A stretch of 64,000 nt of DNA, from NCBI GenBank assembly GCA_963668175.1, contig OY764159.1:416001-480000 (forward strand). Reading direction: 5' to 3'. The notes under the pieces were generated by a model. The model ran no database searches, was not told the DNA's origin, and saw only the letters and a list, made by a program, of their open reading frames with translations. The translations under genes and the position numbers were made by a program. Positions 39,852 to 49,685 of the stretch are shown here, in pieces (position 1 is the stretch's first letter; the number at the start of each line of letters is the position of its first letter). The stretch comes from Syntrophales bacterium. GTDB lineage: Bacteria; Desulfobacterota; Syntrophia; Syntrophales; PHBD01.

Positions 39852-40620
39852 GCGCCTCATCCCCTGCCTCGACGTCCGTAACGGGCTGCTGACGAAGGGC
39901 ATCAAATTTCAGAACAACGTCGACATCGGCGATCCCGTCGAGGCCGCCAGGGAGTACTACGAACAGGGAGCTGATGAAATCGTCTTTTACGATATCACCG
40001 CCTCCGCCGAAGGCCGCAAGATCATGATCGACGTGGTCAGGCGTGTGGCCGAAACGATCTTCATTCCCTTTTCCGTCGGCGGCGGCATCGGTTCACTCGA
40101 CGACATGCGCCAGGCCATCCTGGCTGGTGCAGAGAAGATCAGCGTCAATACGGAAGCCATCAAAAACCCGCCGATCATCACGGAGGGCGCCCGGGCCTTC
40201 GGCAGCCAGTGCATTGTCCTGGGGATGGATGTGAAAAAAGTGGGCGTAAATAAAAAGACACCCAGCGGGTATGAAATGGTCATCCACGGCGGGCGCACCT
40301 ATACGGGCATAGACGCCCTATGGTGGGCCCAGGAGGCGGAGCGGCTAGGCGCCGGAGAGATTTGCCTGAATTCCATCGACGCGGACGGCACCCAGGACGG
40401 TTACGAGATCGATCTTACGAGGATGATATCGACGAGCGTCCGCATTCCCGTCATCGCCTCCGGCGGGGCTGGCACTCCGGCCCACATCCGGGACGTTCTT
40501 ACCGAGGGGCATGCGGATGCGGCATTGATCGCCTCGATGGTCCATTACCGGACCTACACGATAGAGGCCATCAAATCGTATCTGCAAAGCGAGGGCGTCA
40601 AGACCAGAATGGAGTGGTGA
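39841..40620 (+). CDS. hisF: Imidazole glycerol phosphate synthase cyclase subunit
   Basis: [27 protein letters not shown] and VIASGGAG motifs. Confidence 0.96.
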   Translation: MLSKRLIPCLDVRNGLLTKGIKFQNNVDIGDPVEAAREYYEQGADEIVFYDITASAEGRKIMIDVVRRVAETIFIPFSVGGGIGSLDDMRQAILAGAEKISVNTEAIKNPPIITEGARAFGSQCIVLGMDVKKVGVNKKTPSGYEMVIHGGRTYTGIDALWWAQEAERLGAGEICLNSIDADGTQDGYEIDLTRMISTSVRIPVIASGGAGTPAHIRDVLTEGHADAALIASMVHYRTYTIEAIKSYLQSEGVKTRMEW

Positions 40621-40682
40621 CGCGGGCCGAGACCCTGTATTCGTCAGCAAAAGCCGCCCCGGGGAAACATGGCCGCATGAGG

Positions 40683-40710
40683 TTGACAATTCCGGAAATC
40701 ATTGTAAGAT
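40683..40710 (+). promoter_or_regulatory. Sigma70-type promoter
   Basis: TTGACA-N16-TAAGAT upstream of the gene at 40798. Confidence 0.55.
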
Positions 40711-40797
40711 AGCTTCCTATATCAAGATTTTGAATACGGGGTGCAAGGCGTCCCGGGCAGTACATAACGATCACTTGGATTCAATAAGGAGATCCAT

Positions 40798-41664
40798 ATG
40801 AAAAGGGTAATGGGGTTAATCCTGATCATGGTGCTCTTCGCCAGCCCGAATCTCTATGCCGAACAGCTCAGATCCATCGTGACGGAAGTGGAAGGTCTGG
40901 CCTGCATGGGACGGGACAAGTCCATTTCGCAGACGGAAACGATGGCCATGCAGGAGGCCAAAAGGAAGGCGGCGGAATATGCGTCGTCCTACATCAAGAG
41001 CGAAACCCAGATGCAAGATTTTGTTCTGGAAAAAGACCTGGTCAGCGCCTATACCAAGGCCATGATCAAGATCATCCAGGAAATGGATAAGTCCTGGTAC
41101 ACCGACTCGGCTTCCGGCCAATGCTACAAGATCAAGATCAAGGCCGAGGTCGTGCCCGATGAAAAGGCCATGAAGAAAATCGAAAGCAAGGACTTTTCCG
41201 ACGATCCCGCCGCTCCCCTGACAGTGAAGGTGTACACCGACCGCGAATCGTATAAAAGGGGAGAGAAAATCAAGATATTCCTCAAGGGTAACCGGCCTTT
41301 TTTCGCCAACATCATTTATAAGAACGCCGAAGGGCAGGCCCTGCAGCTTCTCCCCAACCCGTACCGCCAGAAGAATTATTTCCAGGGAGGCGCCGTCTTC
41401 GAGATTCCCTCCGGCGACGATCAGTTCGAACTGGAAGTGACGGAACCTTTCGGGCGGGAAACGATCACCGTCTACGCCAGCACCGCCCAGATCGGCGATC
41501 TCAGCGTGAAGCCGCTGGGAGGGGTTTATGAAGTGAAGACCAAACCCAAGGATATCCCCGTCGGCACACGGGGTGTCAAACTCGTTTCCCCGAACCAGGG
41601 AAGCCAGACCAAAACCGCCGCTCAATTTATCGAATCCAGCGTATCGATCAAGACATCTAAATGA
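40798..41664 (+). CDS. Exported protein with a DUF4384-like C-terminal domain
   Basis: Signal peptide; VYTDRESYKRGEKI, QLLPN and FELEVTEPFGRE motifs; AGGAG RBS. Confidence 0.7.
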   Translation: MKRVMGLILIMVLFASPNLYAEQLRSIVTEVEGLACMGRDKSISQTETMAMQEAKRKAAEYASSYIKSETQMQDFVLEKDLVSAYTKAMIKIIQEMDKSWYTDSASGQCYKIKIKAEVVPDEKAMKKIESKDFSDDPAAPLTVKVYTDRESYKRGEKIKIFLKGNRPFFANIIYKNAEGQALQLLPNPYRQKNYFQGGAVFEIPSGDDQFELEVTEPFGRETITVYASTAQIGDLSVKPLGGVYEVKTKPKDIPVGTRGVKLVSPNQGSQTKTAAQFIESSVSIKTSK

Positions 41665-42755
41665 AGACGGGCTTTAATCGTGCGGCAGGAACAGCCCGTC
41701 CCTGGAACGGCGCAACGGCGGAGGATTGGCGCAACTGGAAGTGGCAATTCGCCCATCGTATATGCACCCTTCCTAAGTTGGCAACGCTATCGGACCGGGT
41801 ATTATCGTTCGACGGTAAGCAGCGAGACGTCGTCCGTAAATACCCCGTGGCGATCACTCCGTACTATTTTTCGTTGATGGATGCTGGCGATCCGAACGAT
41901 CCAATCTGCCTCCAGTCTGTCCCCGATTCCCGGGAAATGGATTACTCGCTGGGCGGCACGGCCGATCCCCTGGCCGAAGAGCAGCATATGGACGTGCCGG
42001 GGCTGGTCCAGCGGTATCCGGACCGGTGCCTGGTTCTCGTGACCAACGTCTGCGCAACCTATTGCCGGCACTGCAACCGGAAACGGATATGGAAGCAGAA
42101 GCGGGCAAGCGACATTAAGGCCTATTTTCGACGTATTATCGACGCTATCGCGGCGAGACCCTCCGTCCGGGAAGTGATTCTCTCCGGCGGCGATCCCCTG
42201 ACCATGAGCGATGAGACGGTCGAATGGCTCCTTTCCGCATTGCGTTCCATTCCCCACGTGGAAGTGATCCGGATGGGGAGCAGAACGCCGGTGGTCATGC
42301 CCATGCGCATCACGAAAGATCTGTGCGGCATCCTGCGGAAGCACCGTCCCCTGTGGTTCAATACCCAGTTCAACCATTCCCGGGAGATCACCGGGGATTC
42401 CGCCAGGGCCTGTGAAATGCTTCTGGAAGCGGGAATCCCCGTCTCCAGCCAGACGGTCCTGCTGAGAAACGTCAATGACCGTTACGAGACCATGAAGGAT
42501 CTGCTCTACGGATTGCAGTGCATAGCCGTCCGGCCCTATTACCTCTTTCAATGCGATCCGGTTGCGGGTACCGATCATTTCCGGACGGATATCTGGACCG
42601 GCATGGAAATCATGGAGAAACTCTGGAGCAATGTTTCCGGACTGTGCCTGCCGAGGTATGTCCTGGATGTCCCGGGCGGCAAGGGCAAGATCCCCCTGCA
42701 GCCTTTTTCATTTCTTAAGCGGGAAAAGTCGTCTCCCGACGAAACATTCTTTTGA
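41661..42755 (+). CDS. epmB: KamA-family lysine 2,3-aminomutase, probable EF-P beta-lysylation enzyme
   Basis: RYPDR, CATYCRHC, SGGDPL and RPYYLFQCD motifs; adjacent to efp and epmA. Confidence 0.85.
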   Translation: MKTGFNRAAGTARPWNGATAEDWRNWKWQFAHRICTLPKLATLSDRVLSFDGKQRDVVRKYPVAITPYYFSLMDAGDPNDPICLQSVPDSREMDYSLGGTADPLAEEQHMDVPGLVQRYPDRCLVLVTNVCATYCRHCNRKRIWKQKRASDIKAYFRRIIDAIAARPSVREVILSGGDPLTMSDETVEWLLSALRSIPHVEVIRMGSRTPVVMPMRITKDLCGILRKHRPLWFNTQFNHSREITGDSARACEMLLEAGIPVSSQTVLLRNVNDRYETMKDLLYGLQCIAVRPYYLFQCDPVAGTDHFRTDIWTGMEIMEKLWSNVSGLCLPRYVLDVPGGKGKIPLQPFSFLKREKSSPDETFF

Positions 42756-42850
42756 CAAGAATCCATAAATCATTTAAAAGACTCGGCACATAAATTAAGG
42801 ATACAAAACAGACATTTCCAGGATACAGACCAGAGAAGGAGCAATGCCAT

Positions 42851-43414
42851 ATGTATACTGCCAGCGATTTAAGAAAAGGGCTGCGGATCAAGATCGACGG
42901 CGACCCCCATATCATCACGGAGTTCAACTTCGTCAAGCCCGGCAAGGGCCAGGCACTATACCGCTGCAAACTGATCAACATGATAACGGAAAGTCAGTTT
43001 GAAAGGACGTTTCGTTCCGTCGATACCTTCGAACCGGCCGACCTTCAGGAAAAGAAGATGCAGTATCTCTATATGGAGGACGACAAGTACTGCTTTATGG
43101 ACAGCGCCACCTTCGAGCAGGTCTTTCTCTCGGCCGATCAGGTAGGCGAGGCGAAGAATTTTATGATCGACAACCTGGAAGTCCAGGTCCTTCTGTTTGA
43201 AGATCGTCCCCTGGGCGTAACCCTGCCCAACACGGTGGATCTCGTTGTTACGAAAGCGGAGCCCTGGGCCAAGGGCGACACGGTATCGGGCAAGACGAAA
43301 CCCGTTACCGTACAGACAGGCTTTCTGCTTCAGGTCCCGCCATTTATCGAAGAAGGGGAAAAGATCCGTATCGATACCCGGACCGGAGAATACCTGACCC
43401 GTGTCAAGGGCTGA
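42851..43414 (+). CDS. efp: Elongation factor P
   Basis: FVKPGKGQA loop, KGDTVSG and DTRTGEY motifs. Confidence 0.97.
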   Translation: MYTASDLRKGLRIKIDGDPHIITEFNFVKPGKGQALYRCKLINMITESQFERTFRSVDTFEPADLQEKKMQYLYMEDDKYCFMDSATFEQVFLSADQVGEAKNFMIDNLEVQVLLFEDRPLGVTLPNTVDLVVTKAEPWAKGDTVSGKTKPVTVQTGFLLQVPPFIEEGEKIRIDTRTGEYLTRVKG

Positions 43415-43420
43415 TCTGCA

Positions 43421-44344
43421 ATGAAACAACCCCGGCCCCAAGCCGAAAGAACGGAAGCCCTGTGGATCCGCGCGAGAATGATCCAGGCCATCCGTTCTTT
43501 TTTTATTGGCGGCGGCTACCTCGAAGTGGAGACGCCGCATCGGATTCCCGCACCGATCCCGGAAGAACATATCGACGTCTTCCGCAGCGAAGACTGGTTT
43601 TTGCACCCCTCCCCCGAGTTATGCATGAAGCGGCTCCTGGCGGCCGGCTATCCCCGGATATTTCAAATATGCCGCTGTTTTCGCGGCGGCGAGCGGGGAG
43701 CCCGCCATCTCCCCGAATTCACCATGCTGGAATGGTATCGCCGGGACGCGGACTACCGCGATCTCATGGAAGAGTGCGAATCGATGATCTCAGACGTCGC
43801 CGGACATTTGAACGGGCGGCCGTCCCTGCGCTACCGGAACAGAGAAATATCCCTGAATCCCCCGTGGGAGAGATTGACCGTCGAGGAAGCCTTCCGGCGC
43901 TTTGCTCCTTTATCTGTAAACGAGGCCCTTCGAGTCGATCGTTTTGACGAACTTCTCGCTATCCACATCGAGCCCTGTCTGGGAACGGAAAAACCAACCA
44001 TCCTTTACGACTACCCCGCCCCATTGGGATCGCTGGCCCGTCTGAAGAGGAAAGATCCGACACTGGCCGAACGGTTCGAAATCTATATAGGAGGACTGGA
44101 ACTGGCCAACGGCTTTACGGAGCTGAACGACGACGCCGAACAGAGACAGCGTTTTTTGAAAACCCAGGAAGTCCGTTCCCGGCTGGGTAAAGCGGCGCAC
44201 CCCCTTCCTGAAAAATTCTTGCAGGATCTCCAGCACTTACCAGATTCGGCGGGCATCGCCTTCGGCATCGACCGTCTTGCGATGCTGTTTGCCGACGCCG
44301 CGGAGATCGACGCCGTCTCCGCATGGACGCCGGAGGAACTCTAG
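43421..44344 (+). CDS. epmA: EF-P lysine aminoacylase
   Basis: EVETP, SPELCMKRLL, HLPEFTMLEWY, ELANGFTEL and GIDRL motifs; no anticodon-binding domain. Confidence 0.95.
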   Translation: MKQPRPQAERTEALWIRARMIQAIRSFFIGGGYLEVETPHRIPAPIPEEHIDVFRSEDWFLHPSPELCMKRLLAAGYPRIFQICRCFRGGERGARHLPEFTMLEWYRRDADYRDLMEECESMISDVAGHLNGRPSLRYRNREISLNPPWERLTVEEAFRRFAPLSVNEALRVDRFDELLAIHIEPCLGTEKPTILYDYPAPLGSLARLKRKDPTLAERFEIYIGGLELANGFTELNDDAEQRQRFLKTQEVRSRLGKAAHPLPEKFLQDLQHLPDSAGIAFGIDRLAMLFADAAEIDAVSAWTPEEL

Positions 44345-44431
44345 CCTGTCTTTTAACACTTTATCCTATTGACAGGGCGAGGTTTATCCTTTAAATGTGT
44401 AACCCACATTAAGATTAGCAAGGAGATTCTA

Positions 44432-45175
44432 ATGACTTCAACGATTGCTGCAGATCTGGGGGGGCATTTCCATGGAAGCCTCCTGAGCATGATCCTCGGC
44501 GCCGGCGCCATGGTACAACTCGTTTTGTTCCTGCTCCTGCTGTTTTCAGTCATTTCCTGGGCTATCATTCTGATGAAGTACCGAAGTCTCAACAGGGTAG
44601 CCAAAGAAAATGCCGCATTTTTAAACATTTATATGAAAAGCGGCAAGTTATCGGACATCTTGGCCGAAACGCGGAACATCAAGCAATCCTCGCTTGCGGA
44701 GATATTCCGTGCCGGTTATGCCGAACTTGTTAAAATTACTAAGGTTGCAAAAGAACCATCCCCGTCCCGACGGGACGCCGAAGACGGCGGGTCGGCTATG
44801 GAAAAACAGGCCATCGACAACGTCGAACGGGCCCTCAACATGGCGTGCAGCACCGAGGCGGCAAAACTGGACAACTCCCTCGGATTCCTCGCAACGACGG
44901 GAAGCGCAAGTCCTTTTATCGGTCTCTTCGGAACCGTCTGGGGCATCATGGATACGTTTAAGGGCATCGGCGCCCGGGGCTCGGCGACCCTGGCCGTCGT
45001 GGCGCCGGGCATTTCCGAAGCCCTGATCGCCACCGCCGCCGGCCTGGCTGCCGCGATACCTGCCGTCATCTTCTACAACTACTACCTGAACCGGGTTCGC
45101 AGCATGACGACCGAGATGGATAATTTCGCGGCGGAAATGCTCAATATCATCGAACGGTATTACGTAAAGCGGTAA
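44432..45175 (+). CDS. tolQ: Tol-Pal system protein TolQ
   Basis: SPFIGLFGTVWGIM and VAPGISEALIATAAGL motifs; AGGAG RBS before ATG 44432. Confidence 0.92.
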   Translation: MTSTIAADLGGHFHGSLLSMILGAGAMVQLVLFLLLLFSVISWAIILMKYRSLNRVAKENAAFLNIYMKSGKLSDILAETRNIKQSSLAEIFRAGYAELVKITKVAKEPSPSRRDAEDGGSAMEKQAIDNVERALNMACSTEAAKLDNSLGFLATTGSASPFIGLFGTVWGIMDTFKGIGARGSATLAVVAPGISEALIATAAGLAAAIPAVIFYNYYLNRVRSMTTEMDNFAAEMLNIIERYYVKR

Positions 45176-45217
45176 ATTCCTTCAGGCGAACTTTCTAAAC
45201 AGGTCGAAGATCAGACT

Positions 45218-45640
45218 ATGAAATCGAGACGACACAACGATACATCCCATAAGCCCATGGCGGAAATCAATGTGACACCTCTCGTGGATGTCATGTTGGT
45301 TCTGCTCATCATTTTTATGGTTACGGCACCGATGCTGCAAATGGGAATAGACGTCAATCTCCCCAAGGTCAAATCGAAAAGCGTTGATGTCACGGAAGAG
45401 AAACTCATCCTGACCATAAAAAGCAACGAGGAAATCTACATCAACAAGTCCAAGGCCTCCATAACCGATCTCGGAACCAAGCTGGAAGGCATCTTTGCCA
45501 GCCGGATCGATCGGGAGATCTATATGCGGGCCGACAAGACGGTGCCTTACGGTTTTGTTGTCCAGGTTATGTCCGAAGTACGAAAGGCCGGCGTAGACAA
45601 ACTGGGTATGATCACTGAACCGCCGGAGGAATCAAAATGA
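45218..45640 (+). CDS. tolR: Tol-Pal system protein TolR
   Basis: EINVTPLVDVMLVLLIIFMVTAP and RADK motifs. Confidence 0.92.
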   Translation: MKSRRHNDTSHKPMAEINVTPLVDVMLVLLIIFMVTAPMLQMGIDVNLPKVKSKSVDVTEEKLILTIKSNEEIYINKSKASITDLGTKLEGIFASRIDREIYMRADKTVPYGFVVQVMSEVRKAGVDKLGMITEPPEESK

Positions 45641-46386
45641 CAGCATCGCAAGGGCTGATTGCGGGGAATAGTGCTTCCGGAATCAGCCCGGGGATGATCC
45701 TGATATCTCTTTTTCTCCATATCTTCGTTTTAGCGATCGTATTCTTCGTTTCACCATCCCTGTCCTCTCCGAAATTGACTTTCGGGCCCGTCTATTCCGT
45801 GCAGATGGTCAGCCTCCCCGCCAATCTCCTTACGCAGCCTCCAAAGCAGGAGGCGGCCGCCGAGGAATCATTGGCCACAGCCTTGGACCGCCAACCGATC
45901 GTCCTTAAAAAGCAAATCGACGCCATCGCGACGCTCCCCAAGAAAAAAGAAGAAAAGAAGATCGATCGCGATACGCAGAAGGCCCTGGACGAAATCAGGA
46001 AGAGACTGGCCACTTCCGCCAAATCGCCTAATAAAGCACAGGCCAAGAGTAACAGTCTCGGGGCTTTGTCCCAGGTCGGCAACCAGGAAGTCATCGACAG
46101 GATGCAGCTCTATTATGCCCTGATCTGGTCCAGGATTAAGAGCCAGTGGGCCCTGCCACAGAGCATCCTGCGCGGGGAAACCCGGGAGGCTGTTATCAAC
46201 GTGCATATTCTGCGGAACGGCATGATCGCCGATATCGGTTTTGAAAAACGTTCAGGAAACAGCTATTTCGACGACTCCGCCCTGAAAGCCATTAAAAAGG
46301 CGACCCCGCTGCCTCCGCTACCTGAATGGATACGGGACAGCAGCATCGAGATCGGTATACGCTTCCACTCTTCGGACTTGAAATAG
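45637..46386 (+). CDS. tolA: TolA/TonB C-terminal domain protein
   Basis: N-terminal TM helix with SLFLH, charged linker, and SGNSYFDDSALKAI; sits between tolR and tolB. Confidence 0.8.
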   Translation: MTASQGLIAGNSASGISPGMILISLFLHIFVLAIVFFVSPSLSSPKLTFGPVYSVQMVSLPANLLTQPPKQEAAAEESLATALDRQPIVLKKQIDAIATLPKKKEEKKIDRDTQKALDEIRKRLATSAKSPNKAQAKSNSLGALSQVGNQEVIDRMQLYYALIWSRIKSQWALPQSILRGETREAVINVHILRNGMIADIGFEKRSGNSYFDDSALKAIKKATPLPPLPEWIRDSSIEIGIRFHSSDLK

Positions 46387-46444
46387 GAATGGGCATGATA
46401 ACCGGGGCATCGCCCTCAAACAGAACGAAAGATTGAGTATTTCC

Positions 46445-47758
46445 ATGCAACTTCTTAAAAAATGCGTGACAGCGGCGGCCGTCTTGATCGCGATACTTGC
46501 GGCCGGGAGTCCTTCCTTCGCCAAGGTTTATATCGACATCGATTCGCCGGCATTTCGAAAATTCCCCATCGCCATCGTCGATTTCCAAAAATTAAAACCC
46601 CTTGTCCAAAGGCAGGAAGACCTGTCGGTCTGGTTTGCCGACGGCCTTGCCAAACCGCTTGATATGACGGGATACTTTAACATCATCAACAAAAAAGCCT
46701 TCCTCGAAGATCCGACGACGGCAGGCATCAATGTCGACAGAATCCATTTCTCCGACTGGTCGACCATCGGCGCCGAATATCTCGTCAAGGGCGGTTTTTC
46801 ATATAACGGCCAGCAATTGGTCGTGGAGATGAGGCTCTTCGACGTCATTAAAGAGGAGATTCTCGTTTCCAAGCGTTACAGCGGCACCAGGGAAACGGCA
46901 CCCGACATGATCAAACAATTTGCGGCGGAAATCCTCCTGGCATTAACGGGCGACAGGGGCGTCTTTGACACCAAAATCGCCTTTATTACGAAACACAGAA
47001 CTTCCTCGGATATCTATACGATAGACTTCGACGGAACGGGATTGAGCAAAATGACGAGCAACCGTTCCATCAGCCTGGCCCTCCGCTGGTCCCCCGACGG
47101 CCGCATGCTTTCGTTCACCTCATACCGGGAGGGCAACCCAGATCTTTACACCTTCGACCTGTCGCGCCGGACGACCCGGAAGATAGCTTCTTTCGACGGC
47201 ATTAACCTGGGAGGCGGGTGGTCGCCCGACAGCCGGAAGCTATTGCTGGCGCTGAGCAAGGACGGCAACGAAGAGATTTACGTAATGGATGTAGGAAACC
47301 GGCTGATGACGCGCCTTACATATAACTTCGCCATCGATGTCTCCGGCACCTGGTCCCCGGACGGTCAGAAGATCGCCTTTGTATCGGACCGGGCCGGATC
47401 GCCCCAGATTTACGTCATGGATGCCGACGGAAACAACGTCCGGCGGCTCACCCTTGAAGGCCGCTACAATACCTCCCCGGCCTGGTCGCCGAGAGGGAAG
47501 ACCATCGCCTTCGAAGGTATGGTCGGCGGCCGATACCAGATCTTTACGATCGACGACAGCGGTAGCAATTTGAAGCAACTGACCTCAGAAAAGAGCGATA
47601 ACGAATCTCCCTCCTGGTCTCCCGACGGCCGGTTTATCGTCTTCAGTTCACGCGGCCGCGGCATTTTTATTATGAATGCCGACGGGACCAATATCCGTTC
47701 CCTATACTCGGCCGGCACCAGCGCCTCGCCCTGCTGGTCGCCCCATCTGATGAAATGA
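46445..47758 (+). CDS. tolB: Tol-Pal beta-propeller protein TolB
   Basis: Signal peptide, N-terminal PIAI domain and repeated WSPDG motifs. Confidence 0.93.
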   Translation: MQLLKKCVTAAAVLIAILAAGSPSFAKVYIDIDSPAFRKFPIAIVDFQKLKPLVQRQEDLSVWFADGLAKPLDMTGYFNIINKKAFLEDPTTAGINVDRIHFSDWSTIGAEYLVKGGFSYNGQQLVVEMRLFDVIKEEILVSKRYSGTRETAPDMIKQFAAEILLALTGDRGVFDTKIAFITKHRTSSDIYTIDFDGTGLSKMTSNRSISLALRWSPDGRMLSFTSYREGNPDLYTFDLSRRTTRKIASFDGINLGGGWSPDSRKLLLALSKDGNEEIYVMDVGNRLMTRLTYNFAIDVSGTWSPDGQKIAFVSDRAGSPQIYVMDADGNNVRRLTLEGRYNTSPAWSPRGKTIAFEGMVGGRYQIFTIDDSGSNLKQLTSEKSDNESPSWSPDGRFIVFSSRGRGIFIMNADGTNIRSLYSAGTSASPCWSPHLMK

Positions 47759-48025
47759 CAAACGCGGGCAAGTCTCGTCTGTTTTGCGGCATGGTTGCAG
47801 GATCGACATGCCCATATTGCGCGTATCCTATATACCCATATTACTATTTCCTTTCCAGGTGAATGGTGCTATAGTACGTTCACAACTTACCAATTATCCA
47901 TTACCCAGAACTACTTTACAGTTAGCGATTACCAGTAACAGCTTTCACCTTGTTAAAATGCCGGGATACGATTTAGCGTCGTACTCTGGCAAAAATACAA
48001 AGACTTGTAGAAAGGAGGCTGAGAC

Positions 48026-49444
48026 ATGGTAGAAGAAAAGGGTAAAGTGGCAGAAGTGTCAAAGGAAACGACTCTCGAGCGGTTTGGACTTGGACTTGCC
48101 AACTGGAGTGAAAAATGGTTTCCCGATGCTTGGGTGTTCGCTCTTCTTGGTATCGTTATTGTTTTCGTTTTCGGTCTATTAATTGGTGAAAGCCCCGACA
48201 AGTTGGCGATTGAGGGAGGCAAGTCTTTCTGGGTCTTAATCCCGTTCACGATGCAGATGGCCCTGATCATCATCGGCGGCTATGTGGTGGCGACGACACC
48301 GGCCGTATACGCCGTGATCAAGAAAGTGGCCGGTATTACAACCAACCCACGGGCGGCTATCGCCTGGATTGCATTTTTTTCCATGGTTACGTCCCTCATA
48401 TCCTGGGGACTCAGTCTGATTTTCAGCGGCCTTCTCGTTCGTGAGATGTCAAGAAGAATCAAGGGTATGGATTATCGGGCCGCAGGCGCCGCCGCCTACC
48501 TTGGGTTGGGCGCAGTCTGGGCCCTCGGCTTTTCATCTTCCGCCGCCCTCATGATGGCCACCAAAGGAGCCATACCGCCGAAACTTTACGCCATCAGCGG
48601 CGTTATTCCCCTGACACAGACCTTGATCATCTGGCCGAATTTGTGGACTATCCTCGCCTTATTGGCCGTTTCGATCGTCATTGCCTATTTTTCCGCTCCG
48701 GCTCCCGAACGGGCCAAGACCGTTGACGATTTCGGCCTCCAGTTCGAACCGATCGATACCAGCCTGGAACCCCGGCAGAAACCGGGCGAGTGGCTCGAAT
48801 ACAGTCCGATGCTCATCATCCTGGTAGGCGCCCTGCTTGTCTGGTACCTGATTGATCTCTTCCAGAAATCGCCGACGGGACCACTTGCCGCCCTGGATTT
48901 GAACAACTACAACCTGATCTTTATCACGGTGGGCATGATCCTTCACTGGCGTCCCAAACGTTTCCTCAAGGCCGTCGCCCAGTCCGTTCCGGCCACCGGA
49001 GGCGTCCTCATCCAGTTCCCCTTCTATGCCGTTATCTTCGGCATGATCGTCGGTACGGGCATCAATAAGTGGCTGGCCGATCTCTTTGTCGCTATTACTA
49101 CCAAGGAAACCTACTCGCTTCTTGTCGCCGTCTATTCGGCCGTGCTCGGCGTTTTCATCCCGTCGGGAGGCAGCAAGTGGGTCATCGAAGCACCCTATGT
49201 CCTGCAGGCGGCCATCCAGCATCAGGTCAACCTGGGCTGGGTCGTTCAGATTTACAACGCCGCCGAAGCCGTCCCGAATCTGTTGAACCCCTTCTGGATG
49301 CTGCCTCTGTTGGGTCTGCTGCACGTCAGAGCCAGGGATCTCGTCGGTTACTCGGTCCTCCAAATGGTCATTCATATCCCGCTCGTCTTCTTCCTCTGCT
49401 GGCTCTTCGGTCTGCTCATCCCCTTCGTACCGCCCATGAAGTGA
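48026..49444 (+). CDS. atoE: Short-chain fatty acid transporter (AtoE/TIGR00366 family)
   Basis: WFPDA, FTMQM, QFPFYA, FIPSGGSKW and NPFWMLPLLG motifs. Confidence 0.85.
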   Translation: MVEEKGKVAEVSKETTLERFGLGLANWSEKWFPDAWVFALLGIVIVFVFGLLIGESPDKLAIEGGKSFWVLIPFTMQMALIIIGGYVVATTPAVYAVIKKVAGITTNPRAAIAWIAFFSMVTSLISWGLSLIFSGLLVREMSRRIKGMDYRAAGAAAYLGLGAVWALGFSSSAALMMATKGAIPPKLYAISGVIPLTQTLIIWPNLWTILALLAVSIVIAYFSAPAPERAKTVDDFGLQFEPIDTSLEPRQKPGEWLEYSPMLIILVGALLVWYLIDLFQKSPTGPLAALDLNNYNLIFITVGMILHWRPKRFLKAVAQSVPATGGVLIQFPFYAVIFGMIVGTGINKWLADLFVAITTKETYSLLVAVYSAVLGVFIPSGGSKWVIEAPYVLQAAIQHQVNLGWVVQIYNAAEAVPNLLNPFWMLPLLGLLHVRARDLVGYSVLQMVIHIPLVFFLCWLFGLLIPFVPPMK

Positions 49445-49463
49445 CGCTCCTTGCATGAAAAGG

Positions 49464-49496
49464 AAGGGTGCCGCAGTCATACGGCACCCTTTTTTT
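49464..49496 (+). terminator. Rho-independent terminator after atoE
   Basis: Stem AAGGGTGCCG / CGGCACCCTT followed by a T tract. Confidence 0.88.
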
Positions 49497-49685
49497 ATTC
49501 ATTACGCTATTCTCCGCCGCATATTTCCCGCACAGCACCTTTACTGGGCGCGTTCCGGCCGGCCCGGTTCCGGGGTCGATATCCAACGGCAAATACACGA
49601 CCGCAGAGGGCCTAACAAAAAAGATGTAGCATTTTTTGGCGACATTTAATAAATTGTCTTGTTCAATAAATTTGAGGAGAAAGAT

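Noticed and set aside
47080..47745. Repeated TGGTC(C/G)CC.GACGG DNA motifs
   Set aside because: They encode the WSPDG repeats of the TolB beta-propeller and are not a CRISPR array or DNA repeat element.
47985..48005. Possible sigma54 promoter (TGGCA...) upstream of atoE
   Set aside because: There is no TTGC/GC element at the required -12 spacing.
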